From contig JBAZXG010000004.1 in the NCBI GenBank assembly GCA_041660005.1, positions 5,720-69,719 on the forward strand: 64,000 nucleotides of DNA, given 5' to 3'. The notes beneath the pieces were generated by a model. The model searched no databases. It saw only the letters and a list, made by a program, of their open reading frames with translations, and was not told the DNA's origin. The DNA comes from Patescibacteria group bacterium (GTDB lineage: Bacteria; Patescibacteriota; Patescibacteriia; GWA2-46-9). The position numbers were made by a program, and so were the translations under genes. Position 1 is the first letter of the stretch. The number at the start of each line of letters is the position of its first letter. Shown one piece after another: positions 1-9,993 of the stretch.

Positions 1-256
1 CAATATCCGTTAGAGCTAAAATGCGATGGTACTCGTTTGGCTGAATAGTTATTTTAGCAGGCGCCTTAACAATCTTTGTTTCACTACCAACGGTCAATTC
101 GATTTCACCCTTAAATAAGTAATGAACTTCTAGCCCATCATGAACATGATCGGCGCTAATCGATCCTTTTTTTCGCGCAATAAATTTGACCTTATCGCAA
201 TCGTAAATAATGCCCCGTTCGTCTGATTTAAAAATTTTTATTTCCTGAACATCCAT
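1..256 (-). CDS. Cupin-domain protein (3' end outside window)
   Basis: Read manually: MDVQEIKIFKSDERG...DHVHDGLEVHYLFKGEIEL...PNEYHRI; cupin HxH..E and later H motifs. Confidence 0.7.
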   Translation of the reverse strand, partial: MDVQEIKIFKSDERGIIYDCDKVKFIARKKGSISADHVHDGLEVHYLFKGEIELTVGSETKIVKAPAKITIQPNEYHRILALTDI

Positions 257-279
257 AGTCTATCCTGTGATAAAAATTG

Positions 280-672
280 TTATTTCAATAACTCGGCCAA
301 CAGAGCAGGCGTGGCTACTACTTTATCAATCAACGAGTCACGACACGGATCTCCTGTTTTATCGCTTAAGGCAAATATTGGCTTACCGAGTGCGGAAGCA
401 TAACCAATTTCCAGAGTGACGCTGACACCAACATAATTGTCCTTGTTATATACAAAACATACATCTGCTTTACGAATCCAATCAAAATGTTCAAGCGTTA
501 ACCCTTTAAAAAGCATTCTCGTAAAATGCTTCGAGTGAAAAAATGAGTCCTCGGGAATGGGTTCGTTGATGTTAGGCTGAAAAACAGCAACGCCCAAATT
601 CCCCAAGTCCATACAAAATTGAGCTACCTCATCTTTGAATTTTTTTGACGCGCAAACGACAACAGTTTCCAT
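280..672 (-). CDS. Nucleoside 2-deoxyribosyltransferase-like protein
   Basis: IRKAD, YVGVSVTLEIGYASALGKPI motifs; start moved to ATG 672. Confidence 0.65.
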   Translation of the reverse strand: METVVVCASKKFKDEVAQFCMDLGNLGVAVFQPNINEPIPEDSFFHSKHFTRMLFKGLTLEHFDWIRKADVCFVYNKDNYVGVSVTLEIGYASALGKPIFALSDKTGDPCRDSLIDKVVATPALLAELLK

Positions 673-682
673 AAGAACCGAG

Positions 683-1369
683 TTAGGGATGCAAAACCGT
701 ACCCGTAAACGATTTACCTTCAATGATTCTTTTTACGTTACCAATTTGCCGGCCATTTAAAATATAAACCGAAATGCCTAATTTTTTTGCAAGCGCCGCA
801 GCTGTCGGGTCAAACGGGGTACTCAAGCGCGGCGACCATTTTGTTCCAATTATTTTTAAATAGTTTGACCAATTCATTTCGTGAATCGGTTTTGCCTTTT
901 TGTCTATCTTCGGATCAGCGGTGTATACCTGTTTAATATTGGAGAGGTTAATAATTTCCTTTGACCCAACTTTTTTAGCCCAGAGTACTGAATCCCAGTC
1001 CGAAGAATGACCTTCCTCAAAGGCTGCACCCATAATTATTTTTTCTCGTGGTATGACCTTTAATTTTTCAGGGTTTAAAATAATTTTTTTATGCGCTAAA
1101 GGCCCAAACATTGTACGCACAAGTTCTGCGTTCAAGGTCAGCGAACGAATGCCAATCCAATCCAAGTCATACGCTGTTGGTACACCGAGAATTTTTGCCG
1201 CTTCATTATATTGTCGATTCGTTCCTCCCCCACCACAACTAATGGCAAAACGCCGAGATTTAAAAGAGATAATGAGCTCCTTAAATTTTTTTAGAAATGC
1301 AATGTCGATCTCATCAGGAACAATAATTGAGCCCCCAAGCGAAAGTATGGTCCATGATGTTTTTGGCAT
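683..1369 (-). CDS. pyrH: UMP kinase, archaeal-like
   Basis: LSLGGS, GGGG..RQY, DWIGI..LNAEL, VYTADPK, PFDPTAA. Confidence 0.85.
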   Translation of the reverse strand: MPKTSWTILSLGGSIIVPDEIDIAFLKKFKELIISFKSRRFAISCGGGGTNRQYNEAAKILGVPTAYDLDWIGIRSLTLNAELVRTMFGPLAHKKIILNPEKLKVIPREKIIMGAAFEEGHSSDWDSVLWAKKVGSKEIINLSNIKQVYTADPKIDKKAKPIHEMNWSNYLKIIGTKWSPRLSTPFDPTAAALAKKLGISVYILNGRQIGNVKRIIEGKSFTGTVLHP

Positions 1370-1371
1370 AG

Positions 1372-2403
1372 CTACTTGGTTAGGTAAAGACGCTTACTCT
1401 GCAAATGCGTTTCGTAATCCTTGGCAAAATGCGTATGCCCGTCTTTATCGGTCAAGAAGTACCAGTAGTCGTTGGTGTCCGGAAAAATCGCTGCTTTGAT
1501 AGCGTTAAGCCCTGGGTTACTAATCGGACCCGGTGGCAAACCTGGGTGTACATAGGTGTTATACAGGGATTGGTTTTTTAAATCTTCAGATGTCAATTGT
1601 GGTTTTTTGTCCCCGACCGCAAGTACATAGTTCAATGTGGCGTCGGATTGCAGTAATTCCCCGCTATTGAGACGCTTATAAATGACGTCGGCCGCTATTG
1701 GTAGGTCAGCGGCGTCACGAATTTCCTTTTCAAGAATGCTCGCTATGGTCAATGTTGTAAAAATACTTTGCCCACGTTTTGTAATAGCTTCGCGCAAGTC
1801 CGGTGTTAATTTTCTGTCGAGCGTTATCAGCATCTTTTGCGCTATTTCGTCCGCTGAAGCGCCCTTAAAAATGCGATAACTATCAGGGAATAAATAACCC
1901 TCGAGCGAAGCACTGTCGGGCTTATCAGCCAAAACAGAAACTGCCTGGTGGTCTGCCAGACGCGCTAAGGCCTGCTTGAAGTCAGCTCGAGAGACGATGC
2001 CATGCTGTTCAAGATAACTGGCAATGTCGTCAATCGTCCAACCTTCAATAACGGTAATAGTGCGCTCATTAGCTGCGTCCATACCGCTCGCTAAAATTTG
2101 CGCGAGCTCCCGAATGTTCAAATCGAATCCTAACGTATATTCTCCCGCTTGCAGACTGCGCGACCATCCTCGAAGCCACACGTAAACCTCAAATGTACGC
2201 GGACTCACGATGAGCCCCTTTGATTGAAGGTCTCTACTAATATCTCCCAGACTTTCATTTTTTAGAACGCTAAAAGTAACGGGCGCAGCGTCGCCACCCG
2301 GAGAGCGAACAATGCCGCCAGCAAAGCTCCCCAAGTAAAGTAGCAACGAAAACACTAAACCACCAACCACAAGAAAAAAAACGGAAAAAGCACGAGATGA
2401 CAT
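1372..2403 (-). CDS. mltG: Endolytic transglycosylase MltG/YceG
   Basis: N-terminal TM, LEGYLFPDSY, ASILEKE, LQSDAT, YNTY..PGLPPGPISNPG. Confidence 0.92.
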   Translation of the reverse strand: MSSRAFSVFFLVVGGLVFSLLLYLGSFAGGIVRSPGGDAAPVTFSVLKNESLGDISRDLQSKGLIVSPRTFEVYVWLRGWSRSLQAGEYTLGFDLNIRELAQILASGMDAANERTITVIEGWTIDDIASYLEQHGIVSRADFKQALARLADHQAVSVLADKPDSASLEGYLFPDSYRIFKGASADEIAQKMLITLDRKLTPDLREAITKRGQSIFTTLTIASILEKEIRDAADLPIAADVIYKRLNSGELLQSDATLNYVLAVGDKKPQLTSEDLKNQSLYNTYVHPGLPPGPISNPGLNAIKAAIFPDTNDYWYFLTDKDGHTHFAKDYETHLQSKRLYLTK

Positions 2404-2417
2404 TGTATTTTTAAACG

Positions 2418-2972
2418 CTAGTCGTTTCCAAGGTAACGTTCGACACAATGCAGCACGGCAATCTGATTCAGTGCCTGAATGGTTCCACTTTTAACGAGCT
2501 CAACTAATTCTTCTTTGGAAACCAGCACTGTCTCCGTTTGCTCGCGCGATCTAAATTCGGGGGCAGTTACCCGCTCGGCGTTGATGGCAGCATAGACATG
2601 CAGCTTGGCAGATGATGCGCTTACATCCACGTCAAGAACCGCAACTTCTTCCATTTTCTCTGAAGAGTAACCGGTCTCTTCAAGCAATTCGCGGCGTGCC
2701 GCTTCTGCGGTATTAATATCATGCCGGTCTACGAAACCGCCGGGAAACTCTGTGGTAACTCGACCAACGGCATGTCGATACTGGTGCACCAACAGAACCT
2801 GGTTTTCTTTGGTCAAGCAAAAAATGATAACGCCATCGGGTTGTTCACGAACAAAATAATCCTGAATAATCGTGCCGTCAGGAAGCTGGCAGACATCTTT
2901 ACGAACTTTGTAGCGTTCGGTATCCAAAATGGTTTCCGATTGCAGTGTTTTCCACGGTTTAATATCTGGCAT
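2418..2972 (-). CDS. NUDIX hydrolase (ADP-ribose pyrophosphatase-like)
   Basis: Nudix box GG.....AARRELLEETG; QYR motif. Confidence 0.9.
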   Translation of the reverse strand: MPDIKPWKTLQSETILDTERYKVRKDVCQLPDGTIIQDYFVREQPDGVIIFCLTKENQVLLVHQYRHAVGRVTTEFPGGFVDRHDINTAEAARRELLEETGYSSEKMEEVAVLDVDVSASSAKLHVYAAINAERVTAPEFRSREQTETVLVSKEELVELVKSGTIQALNQIAVLHCVERYLGND

Positions 2973-3024
2973 AGAATCAATAGCAACGTAGCGGACTCAA
3001 CACATACTGTCAACGTATCCCGTT

Positions 3025-3948
3025 TTAAACCGGTATATCGTAAATAACATTTTTTCGCTCAACCACAACGCGCCACTTTCTCTTTTTTGCTTCGGCGTAG
3101 AGGCCTGCCGTAGGATTAAAAGCAATTGCGTGGTCAACCAACTCGAGAAAACTGACGTCTGTTTCTGTGTCGCCTACTCCCCATGAGTCGTTGAACGATA
3201 AACCTTTCTCGGCAACAAAACTTTGCACAATTTCCGCCTTACTATCAACCGAACGGCGATCCAATATGCGCCCCGTGTAAACCCCCTTATTATCTACCTC
3301 GTATTCTGTCCCCCAGATGTAATCAAAGCCAAAATAAGCACCAAAGGGTCTTACCATTTCTGAGGGAGACCCGGAAACAGCCAAAAGTATATATTCACTG
3401 GCTAGTGTTTTTAAAAGATCACGGGTAAAGCGATAGACGCGGTCGCGACGCTGCAACAGAACAAGATTCACCGCAGCATCTACATACTTGCGCTCCTTGC
3501 CTTGCATGGCTTTCAAGTGCATTTCAACAACGCTACGAATGTAGTCATCGTAACTACCCCTCCGCTCAACCCAGGCAAAGTAAGCATCGAGTATCTGACC
3601 AAGAACGGACTCTGGAATAATGCCCGAACGCATCAGTCCCTTGTTAAATTCAACCAGTAAACTCGATCGAAAAACCGTTCCGTCAATATCGAAAATCGCT
3701 ATTTTATTTTTGCCAACACTTCGTCGGCTTGCCGCGAGGTTACCATATACTGAGGCAAAAATATCCCGCGTAGCTCCTTGACCGTCCGTAGCCCTAGGCG
3801 AAGGAGGTCCTTGACCCGCCGCATGCTTACTATGTCCCGCCGTAGTTTTATACGTAGGGGGAGCGAAGGAGGTTAGCGAAGTGGGATTACCCATGCATAC
3901 CCCGTCCACCCTGGGACGGGTTAGTTGACTTCTTTTATCTTCATGCAT
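3025..3948 (-). CDS. HAD-IB family phosphatase with repeat-derived N-terminal extension; start uncertain
   Basis: FDIDGT, VSGS, K, GDTETD motifs. Confidence 0.85.
   Translation of the reverse strand: MHEDKRSQLTRPRVDGVCMGNPTSLTSFAPPTYKTTAGHSKHAAGQGPPSPRATDGQGATRDIFASVYGNLAASRRSVGKNKIAIFDIDGTVFRSSLLVEFNKGLMRSGIIPESVLGQILDAYFAWVERRGSYDDYIRSVVEMHLKAMQGKERKYVDAAVNLVLLQRRDRVYRFTRDLLKTLASEYILLAVSGSPSEMVRPFGAYFGFDYIWGTEYEVDNKGVYTGRILDRRSVDSKAEIVQSFVAEKGLSFNDSWGVGDTETDVSFLELVDHAIAFNPTAGLYAEAKKRKWRVVVERKNVIYDIPV
3775..3872 (-). repeat. Two REP-like palindromic elements (CCTCCTTCGC..CTACGG) in frame within the HAD gene
   Basis: Copies at 3782-3807 and 3836-3872; TCCTTGACC direct repeat at 3775-3783 and 3808-3816; related copies near 11929-11955 and 22967-23000. 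Confidence 0.6.
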
Positions 3949-3957
3949 ACTTGCACT

Positions 3958-4809
3958 CTACGCCTGGCAAAAAGAACAGTAAACCGTTCCGCGCCCGTTC
4001 TCCCGACTGCGCGTGAGGGACTTACCACATCGACGACACGGTTTGCCACCTCTGCCGTAGACGTTAAGGTAAGGCACAAATGAACTGTCTTTAGCATCCG
4101 TTTTTTGGTAGGTACTGCGAGTCGTTCCGCGATGCTTCACCGCCTGGATGAGCACACTACGAATTGCTTGATAGAGTCGTCGTCGTTCTAGGTTGGAGAA
4201 CGTGGGCAGTTTACGACCAGGACGAACGCCCGCACGAAAGCACGATTCGTCAACATAAATATTGCCAAGACCCGCCACGAATGTTTGGTTCAACAAAAAA
4301 CTTTTAACCGTCCCCGATCGTCGCTGAGTCATCCGTTCAAAAACCTGAAACGTAAACGAGCGAGACAACGGCTCAATACCTATTTTTTCAGTCAACTTTT
4401 TTGATGCGTCTTCGGTATACAGTCGAGCATACCCAAATTGCCGTACGTCGTTTACATAAAGCTCGTCCCCGCCGGCAAATCGCAGCGTAAGATGCGTGTA
4501 CTTGTTGGGTAATGCGGTTAATCCAGGCACTGCATGTCCGCCAAAAATAATTAACTTCTTATGGCGAAGAACAACCTGTCCGGTCATCTTAAGATGCACA
4601 TGCAAAGCACTTTTATTATCAAAAACAAAAACGAGTAACTTACCATACCGCTTTATACTGACGATCCGACGGCTTACAATTTTTTTAGCAAATCCCTTTT
4701 TGGGAGAAACAAACTTCGGTAAACCTATAACCACTTTTTTAACGCGCGCATCAATTAAATAGCGAGACAAATCTTTTCGCAAAGTCTCAACCTCGGGTAA
4801 TTCTGGCAT
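3958..4809 (-). CDS. mutM: Formamidopyrimidine-DNA glycosylase
   Basis: MPELPEVET, HLKMTG, GLGNIY, C-terminal zinc finger. Confidence 0.95.
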   Translation of the reverse strand: MPELPEVETLRKDLSRYLIDARVKKVVIGLPKFVSPKKGFAKKIVSRRIVSIKRYGKLLVFVFDNKSALHVHLKMTGQVVLRHKKLIIFGGHAVPGLTALPNKYTHLTLRFAGGDELYVNDVRQFGYARLYTEDASKKLTEKIGIEPLSRSFTFQVFERMTQRRSGTVKSFLLNQTFVAGLGNIYVDESCFRAGVRPGRKLPTFSNLERRRLYQAIRSVLIQAVKHRGTTRSTYQKTDAKDSSFVPYLNVYGRGGKPCRRCGKSLTRSRENGRGTVYCSFCQA

Positions 4810-4850
4810 GGCAAAGTCTGTTCTAAATCTCGTGGTACCCGTTCTGAATA

Positions 4851-6407
4851 TTACAATTCTTGAAGTAGTGAGTGTCCGATCATGGCCGCTGGCTGCCTAA
4901 TATCAAGTAACGCCAATAGCGTAGGGGCAACATCACCCAGAACGCCGCCCTCAGCCAGCTTCTTTCCCTGCATGGACTTTCCGTAACAGCGAATAATAAG
5001 TGGCACCGGTGAAGCGGTATGTTTTGTAAGAATTGCCCCGTCAGTGGTGAGCATGCACTCAGCATTGCCATGATCCGCCGTAATCACTAGTGTTCCCTGA
5101 CGTGCTTCGAGCGCCTCATTGATGCGACCAAGGCAGCGATCAACCTCTTCAATGCCAACAATTGCCGCCGCAATATCCCCAGTGTGACCGAGCATGTCGG
5201 GATTCGCAAAGTTAACGACGATAACATCAAACTGCTGCTTTTGAAGCGCAGCTACGACAACATCGGTCACCGCAGACGCCGCCATCAGCGGGCGCTTTGC
5301 ATAACGAACGACATCGGGCGACAAAACTCGCTCCTGTGTTTCTCCGGCAACTTGGCCGGGATGACCACCGTTAAAAAAATATGTTACGTGCGCGAATTTT
5401 TCGCTCTCGCCAACATACAACTGACGAAGACCAGAAAGAAGCATAGGAAAAGTCTCTGTCACTTGAATCTCAGAGTATGCAGGAATAGCGCCTGGAAGCG
5501 ATGGACCATAATCAACAAGTGTTACGAAGCAGAGATCATGAAATGTACGCACAGCAAAAGCATCTTGATTGCCCTGTTCAAAATCAGTCTCTAAAAAGGC
5601 CTTACAAAGCTCGCGCGCTCGGTCAGGACGAAAATTGAAAAAAATAATCGCATCCCCGTCCTGAATACGCCCTTCCTCACCATTACCGTCGCTGTCAATA
5701 ATGGTCGGTGTTATAAACTCATCAGTTTCACCGCGCTTATAAGCCGCACGAAGACCCTGCAGAGCTTGAGACGCCCGCTCTCCTTCACCCAGAACAAGCG
5801 CATTGTATGCATGTTTAATTTGTTTCCAATCTTTTTTTCGATCCATGGCGTAAGCCCGACCAATAATGGTCACCACTTTTTCATGCGGTTGAAGCGAATC
5901 CACCAATACTTTAAGAAGACGCTCGCCATCGGTCGGCGAAGAATCACGCCCATCGGTAAACAAATGCAGGTATACATTTTGAATGCTTTGCTCTTTGCAA
6001 AAACGACGGAGTGCTGCCAAATGTTCAGGATTACTATGCGGACTGTCCGCTGTCGAAAGCAAACCCATAAGGTGCACTCGCCCGTTCCCCTTTTTGGCAT
6101 GCTCGGCTGCTTTTAAAAAAGCTGCATTGTTGAAAAAATTACCCTCTTGAATATCACGACTGATACGGCGTACCTGCTGCTCGACAATTCTGCCAGCACC
6201 AAGGTTCATGTGTCCGGCTTCAGAGTTTCCTGCTTCGCCGTCAAGGAGGCCCACCGCGGCACCTGAAGCCGCAAGTGCGGTCGTGACACCGTTTAGACTT
6301 ATGGCGTCAATGTTCGGCTTTTTGGCGCGTGCCACCGCATTGCCTTCGTTGTCCGAAGCAATACCATACCCATCTAAAATTGCGAGCACGAGTGGTGAGG
6401 TGTTCAT
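4851..6407 (-). CDS. gpmI: 2,3-BPG-independent phosphoglycerate mutase
   Basis: ILDGYG, GNSEAGH, DGRD, PDMLGHTG, TADHGN. Confidence 0.95.
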   Translation of the reverse strand: MNTSPLVLAILDGYGIASDNEGNAVARAKKPNIDAISLNGVTTALAASGAAVGLLDGEAGNSEAGHMNLGAGRIVEQQVRRISRDIQEGNFFNNAAFLKAAEHAKKGNGRVHLMGLLSTADSPHSNPEHLAALRRFCKEQSIQNVYLHLFTDGRDSSPTDGERLLKVLVDSLQPHEKVVTIIGRAYAMDRKKDWKQIKHAYNALVLGEGERASQALQGLRAAYKRGETDEFITPTIIDSDGNGEEGRIQDGDAIIFFNFRPDRARELCKAFLETDFEQGNQDAFAVRTFHDLCFVTLVDYGPSLPGAIPAYSEIQVTETFPMLLSGLRQLYVGESEKFAHVTYFFNGGHPGQVAGETQERVLSPDVVRYAKRPLMAASAVTDVVVAALQKQQFDVIVVNFANPDMLGHTGDIAAAIVGIEEVDRCLGRINEALEARQGTLVITADHGNAECMLTTDGAILTKHTASPVPLIIRCYGKSMQGKKLAEGGVLGDVAPTLLALLDIRQPAAMIGHSLLQEL

Positions 6408-7600
6408 AATGTCTGCTGGTGAGCAAGATCAAGTAATCGATTATACCTTACAATATGCTCGCCTCTTAGGAAACTTCCTAATTTCAAATACTCAGCGGAC
6501 ACAGCAAAACCAAAATCAACAAGAAAATCATCAATCGCTTCCGCATTAGGAGTAAGGAGCACGCGCGCCAAATTCATCCCTCGCGCCTGAACAGCATAGT
6601 CAAGCGCGTCACTCACTGTATCAAAGCACGCCAAATCAATAGCCGCCGCGCCGACCTCGTCACGAATGACGGCTTTCTCAAGAATAGCTGCATCTTTTGC
6701 CGCAAGATCATGACGCAAAAAAGTCACGCGGTTGGCAAAGTGGCGCTGAGCGTGACCATAAGCGTTATCAGTTTGAAAAGCGTTCTCAATCATGCCAATG
6801 GGGTAGCGACGAATGAGAGAGTGACAAAGTTGCAACATGGCAGTATCTTCTTTTTCCGGAAAAAATTCTGATGAAATCGCACGCTCGTCTTCCAGCACAC
6901 TCGCTTGACCAAAATCAACCGCAATACGAACATCACTATTACGCAGTCCAATTTTTTTTGCGCTGGCTACAATTGCCGTCAAAACTTCTTCAAGCGTTAT
7001 GTTTCTCCCTGATCCTCTCACTAAAGACGAATGCAAAACGACAGGCAATAAACGATGAAACGACGCCAACGTTTTCCTGGCAAGAGCCATGAGTGTAACG
7101 AGTGAACGTCTTGGCCCTTTTGAGGCGCGCGGGTTAATAGATAAACTGACTGTTTTAAAACCTTCTTCGGTGTTGTTTGAAAAAAACTCAAAAACAGGCA
7201 CGGGCAGCGCCCAGCCCGGCCCAGAGAATGGCGCGAATTCACGCAAATGCTGATGCAATTCTCGACCAGCAGCACGAGCGCCAACACGAGCGACTGCCTG
7301 AGAGACCGCCCGCGCGAGTAACCGCCCTGCCGCTGGATTCGCAAAAGACCGCACGAGTGAAACAATACGCCGATCAACTTCGTTTTGTTCAACAGTATCA
7401 ATGCCACGCAGTGCTTTGCGCAATTTCGTGTTGCCGAAATCAATAGCCGCATTGACCTTCGCATCACTTACTCCAACGCACGATACCGTAGCAGTTGCTG
7501 TTTGGCCAGTTAGTGTTTTAACCGTTGCCTTAATTGCTGCGTCGCCCTTACTATCAAACACCTCACGAAACAAAATGTCGTTAATGCCGGTAACCCGCAT
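6404..7600 (-). CDS. Degenerate enolase-like protein (probable pseudoenzyme)
   Basis: Enolase termini recognisable (REVFDSKG, KLG..RGEH..RYNRLL) but catalytic motifs replaced. Confidence 0.75.
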   Translation of the reverse strand: MRVTGINDILFREVFDSKGDAAIKATVKTLTGQTATATVSCVGVSDAKVNAAIDFGNTKLRKALRGIDTVEQNEVDRRIVSLVRSFANPAAGRLLARAVSQAVARVGARAAGRELHQHLREFAPFSGPGWALPVPVFEFFSNNTEEGFKTVSLSINPRASKGPRRSLVTLMALARKTLASFHRLLPVVLHSSLVRGSGRNITLEEVLTAIVASAKKIGLRNSDVRIAVDFGQASVLEDERAISSEFFPEKEDTAMLQLCHSLIRRYPIGMIENAFQTDNAYGHAQRHFANRVTFLRHDLAAKDAAILEKAVIRDEVGAAAIDLACFDTVSDALDYAVQARGMNLARVLLTPNAEAIDDFLVDFGFAVSAEYLKLGSFLRGEHIVRYNRLLDLAHQQTL

Positions 7601-7611
7601 ACAACAGCAAA

Positions 7612-8856
7612 CTATTTAATTCTAAGGGGTGCCAATCCTGCTAGCTCTTTTCCTGAAAGAAACTGAAGCATGGCACCTCCACCAGTTGATCGACAGTCAA
7701 CATACTCTTCCATGCCCGTTGAACGAAGAACCTTCAATGTTTCGCCGCCACCCACAACACCAAAAGCTGGTCCTTCAGAACGAGCAGCAATCAACCAACC
7801 AAGCGCTCTGCTACCTTGAGCAAACACCGGTACTTCGAACATTCCTAAGGGGCCAGCCCAAACAATGGTTTGTGCTTTTTTGATAATACTCGCGTAACTG
7901 AGAACCGTTTTTGGACCAACATCGTAAATGGTCTCTGTAGGCCGAACCTTGTCTTTAGTACTAAAATCAACTAGCCGCGGAGCCGATTCCGGGCTTTTTG
8001 CCACAACCACATCTTCGGGTAAATGCATGAGTGGTATCAAACCAAGACCTGGGAAGCGGCGCTTTTCTTTTAAAAGTGCTTTTAATTTCCGGTATGACAC
8101 CGGAGTCGCTGCGGACGATTTTCCGATTGGTGTTTTGAGTATTTGCAAAAAAGTATTTGCCGGTCCCCCGCCTACCAAAATAGCGCTGGCGTGCTCGGCC
8201 AAATGCATCAACATCGGAATCTTATCTTCAACCTTGATGCCACCAACCATGAGGACAAAAGGCTTTTTAGGTCGCGAGCGAACGCCATCGAGCACATTGA
8301 TCTCACGCAGTAACTGCCAACCAGCATACGCTGGCAAGCGCTTCGCCACACCCAGCATAGAGGCATGCGCGCGATGAGTGTTAGAAAAACATTCGTTCAT
8401 ATAAACGTCCCCCAAGGTGGCCAAGGCATCACAAAACGCCGGATCATTTTTTTCTTCCCCTTGGTAAAACCGCATGTTCTCCAAAGCAAGCAGATGCCCG
8501 GGGACTATCCGCTTCGTTATGGCGGCTACTTTACGAAAATCGCGAACCTCAGTAAAAGCAACGTTACCAACGTCAGGAGGGAGGAGTGTTTGCAAGTGAC
8601 TGATAACGGGCTTCAGCGACATGCGCGCTACTTTGTGCCCCTTGGGTCGCCCCAGATGTCCGATGAGTACAATGCGCGCTCGGGCTCGAGAGAGACGAAC
8701 AATGGTTGGTACCAACTGCTGCAGGCGAAAGTCATCTGCTACCTCTAAAACACCGCGAGCATTTTTTGCAAGCGGAACATCGAATGCACCGCGTAGGAGC
8801 ACCCTTTTGCCGGCAAGTTTAGCATCATCAGTAATCGTCCGAAGCGCGCGTTGCAT
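7612..8856 (-). CDS. pgk: Phosphoglycerate kinase
   Basis: HLGRPKG, LENMRF, HRAHAS, DVGPKT, GGGET, STGGGA. Confidence 0.95.
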   Translation of the reverse strand: MQRALRTITDDAKLAGKRVLLRGAFDVPLAKNARGVLEVADDFRLQQLVPTIVRLSRARARIVLIGHLGRPKGHKVARMSLKPVISHLQTLLPPDVGNVAFTEVRDFRKVAAITKRIVPGHLLALENMRFYQGEEKNDPAFCDALATLGDVYMNECFSNTHRAHASMLGVAKRLPAYAGWQLLREINVLDGVRSRPKKPFVLMVGGIKVEDKIPMLMHLAEHASAILVGGGPANTFLQILKTPIGKSSAATPVSYRKLKALLKEKRRFPGLGLIPLMHLPEDVVVAKSPESAPRLVDFSTKDKVRPTETIYDVGPKTVLSYASIIKKAQTIVWAGPLGMFEVPVFAQGSRALGWLIAARSEGPAFGVVGGGETLKVLRSTGMEEYVDCRSTGGGAMLQFLSGKELAGLAPLRIK

Positions 8857-8922
8857 AGTGAAAATAGTGTAGCACTTTTAATTCTTACCCGTCAGTATGA
8901 AAAAACTATCCTACGAAATACA

Positions 8923-8947
8923 GAAAACCTGCTCTCGAGCAGGTTTC
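8923..8947 (-). terminator. Intrinsic terminator after gap
   Basis: AAACCTGCTC-GA-GAGCAGGTTTT hairpin. Confidence 0.65.
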
Positions 8948-8955
8948 ACTGTTTT

Positions 8956-9975
8956 TTAGCGAATTGTTTTACCCACTAGCTCCGCCATTTCAACTAAACG
9001 ATTTACGTAGCCCCACTCATTGTCATACCAAGCAATGACTTTGAGTAGGTCGCCGTCAACTACCATGGTAAGTCCAAGATCAACAATAGCCGAATGACTA
9101 TTGCCCACAATATTTGAAGAGACTAACGCCTCATCAGTTACCGCCAGAATACCTTTCCAGCGTTCTTGCTCTGCTGCTTTACGAAAGGCTTCATTCACTT
9201 CTTCTTTAGTTGTAGGTCTATTCAATAAAAACGTAAAATCAGTGAGTGAACCGACAGGAAGCGGCACACGCAATGCTAGGCCGTCAAATTTTCCCTTGAG
9301 TTCTGGAATAACTTCGGTAGTCGAAACAGCAGCGCCAGTAGTTGTCGGTATGATATTAATAGCCGCCGCACGAGCTCTGCGAAGATCTTTGTGGAGGGGT
9401 GGAGTGGAACCGTCAACCAAGTTTTGTTCTGCGGTATAGGAATGCACCGTCGTTATAACCGCCTTTTTGATACCAAAAACATCCTCAATAACAGTGGTCA
9501 CTGGCGCAACGCAATTTGTGGTACATGACGCATTGGAAACAATGGCGTCACCGCTGTACGTTTCATCATTGACTCCCAAAAGATAGGTTTTGGTATCGCC
9601 CCCCTTGGTTGGCGCAGAAACGACAACACGCTTTGCCCCGGCTGCTAAGTGCGCTTTGGCTGCATCGTCACGCGTGAAACGACCAGTACACTCAAGAACT
9701 ATATCAATCCCTAATTCTTTCCAGGGCAATTTCGCAGGATCTTTCTCGGTAAAAACTTTGCACGGAACACCATCGACAACAATTTCATTTTCATTAAAAC
9801 TTACCGAAAATGGTGCCTTACCGTAAACAGAGTCATATTTCAATAAATGCGCATGCGTTTCCGTGTCCGTTGTATCGTTAATCGCAACAATATTCAGACC
9901 TTTATTACCATGTGCAACGCGAAACGCAGCACGACCTACTCGACCAAACCCGTTAATGGCAACCTTTAGAGCCAT
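8956..9975 (-). CDS. gap: Type I glyceraldehyde-3-phosphate dehydrogenase
   Basis: INGFGRVGR, ASCTTNC, WYDNEWGY. Confidence 0.97.
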   Translation of the reverse strand: MALKVAINGFGRVGRAAFRVAHGNKGLNIVAINDTTDTETHAHLLKYDSVYGKAPFSVSFNENEIVVDGVPCKVFTEKDPAKLPWKELGIDIVLECTGRFTRDDAAKAHLAAGAKRVVVSAPTKGGDTKTYLLGVNDETYSGDAIVSNASCTTNCVAPVTTVIEDVFGIKKAVITTVHSYTAEQNLVDGSTPPLHKDLRRARAAAINIIPTTTGAAVSTTEVIPELKGKFDGLALRVPLPVGSLTDFTFLLNRPTTKEEVNEAFRKAAEQERWKGILAVTDEALVSSNIVGNSHSAIVDLGLTMVVDGDLLKVIAWYDNEWGYVNRLVEMAELVGKTIR

Positions 9976-9993
9976 AGAGTAAGAATAATTTTG

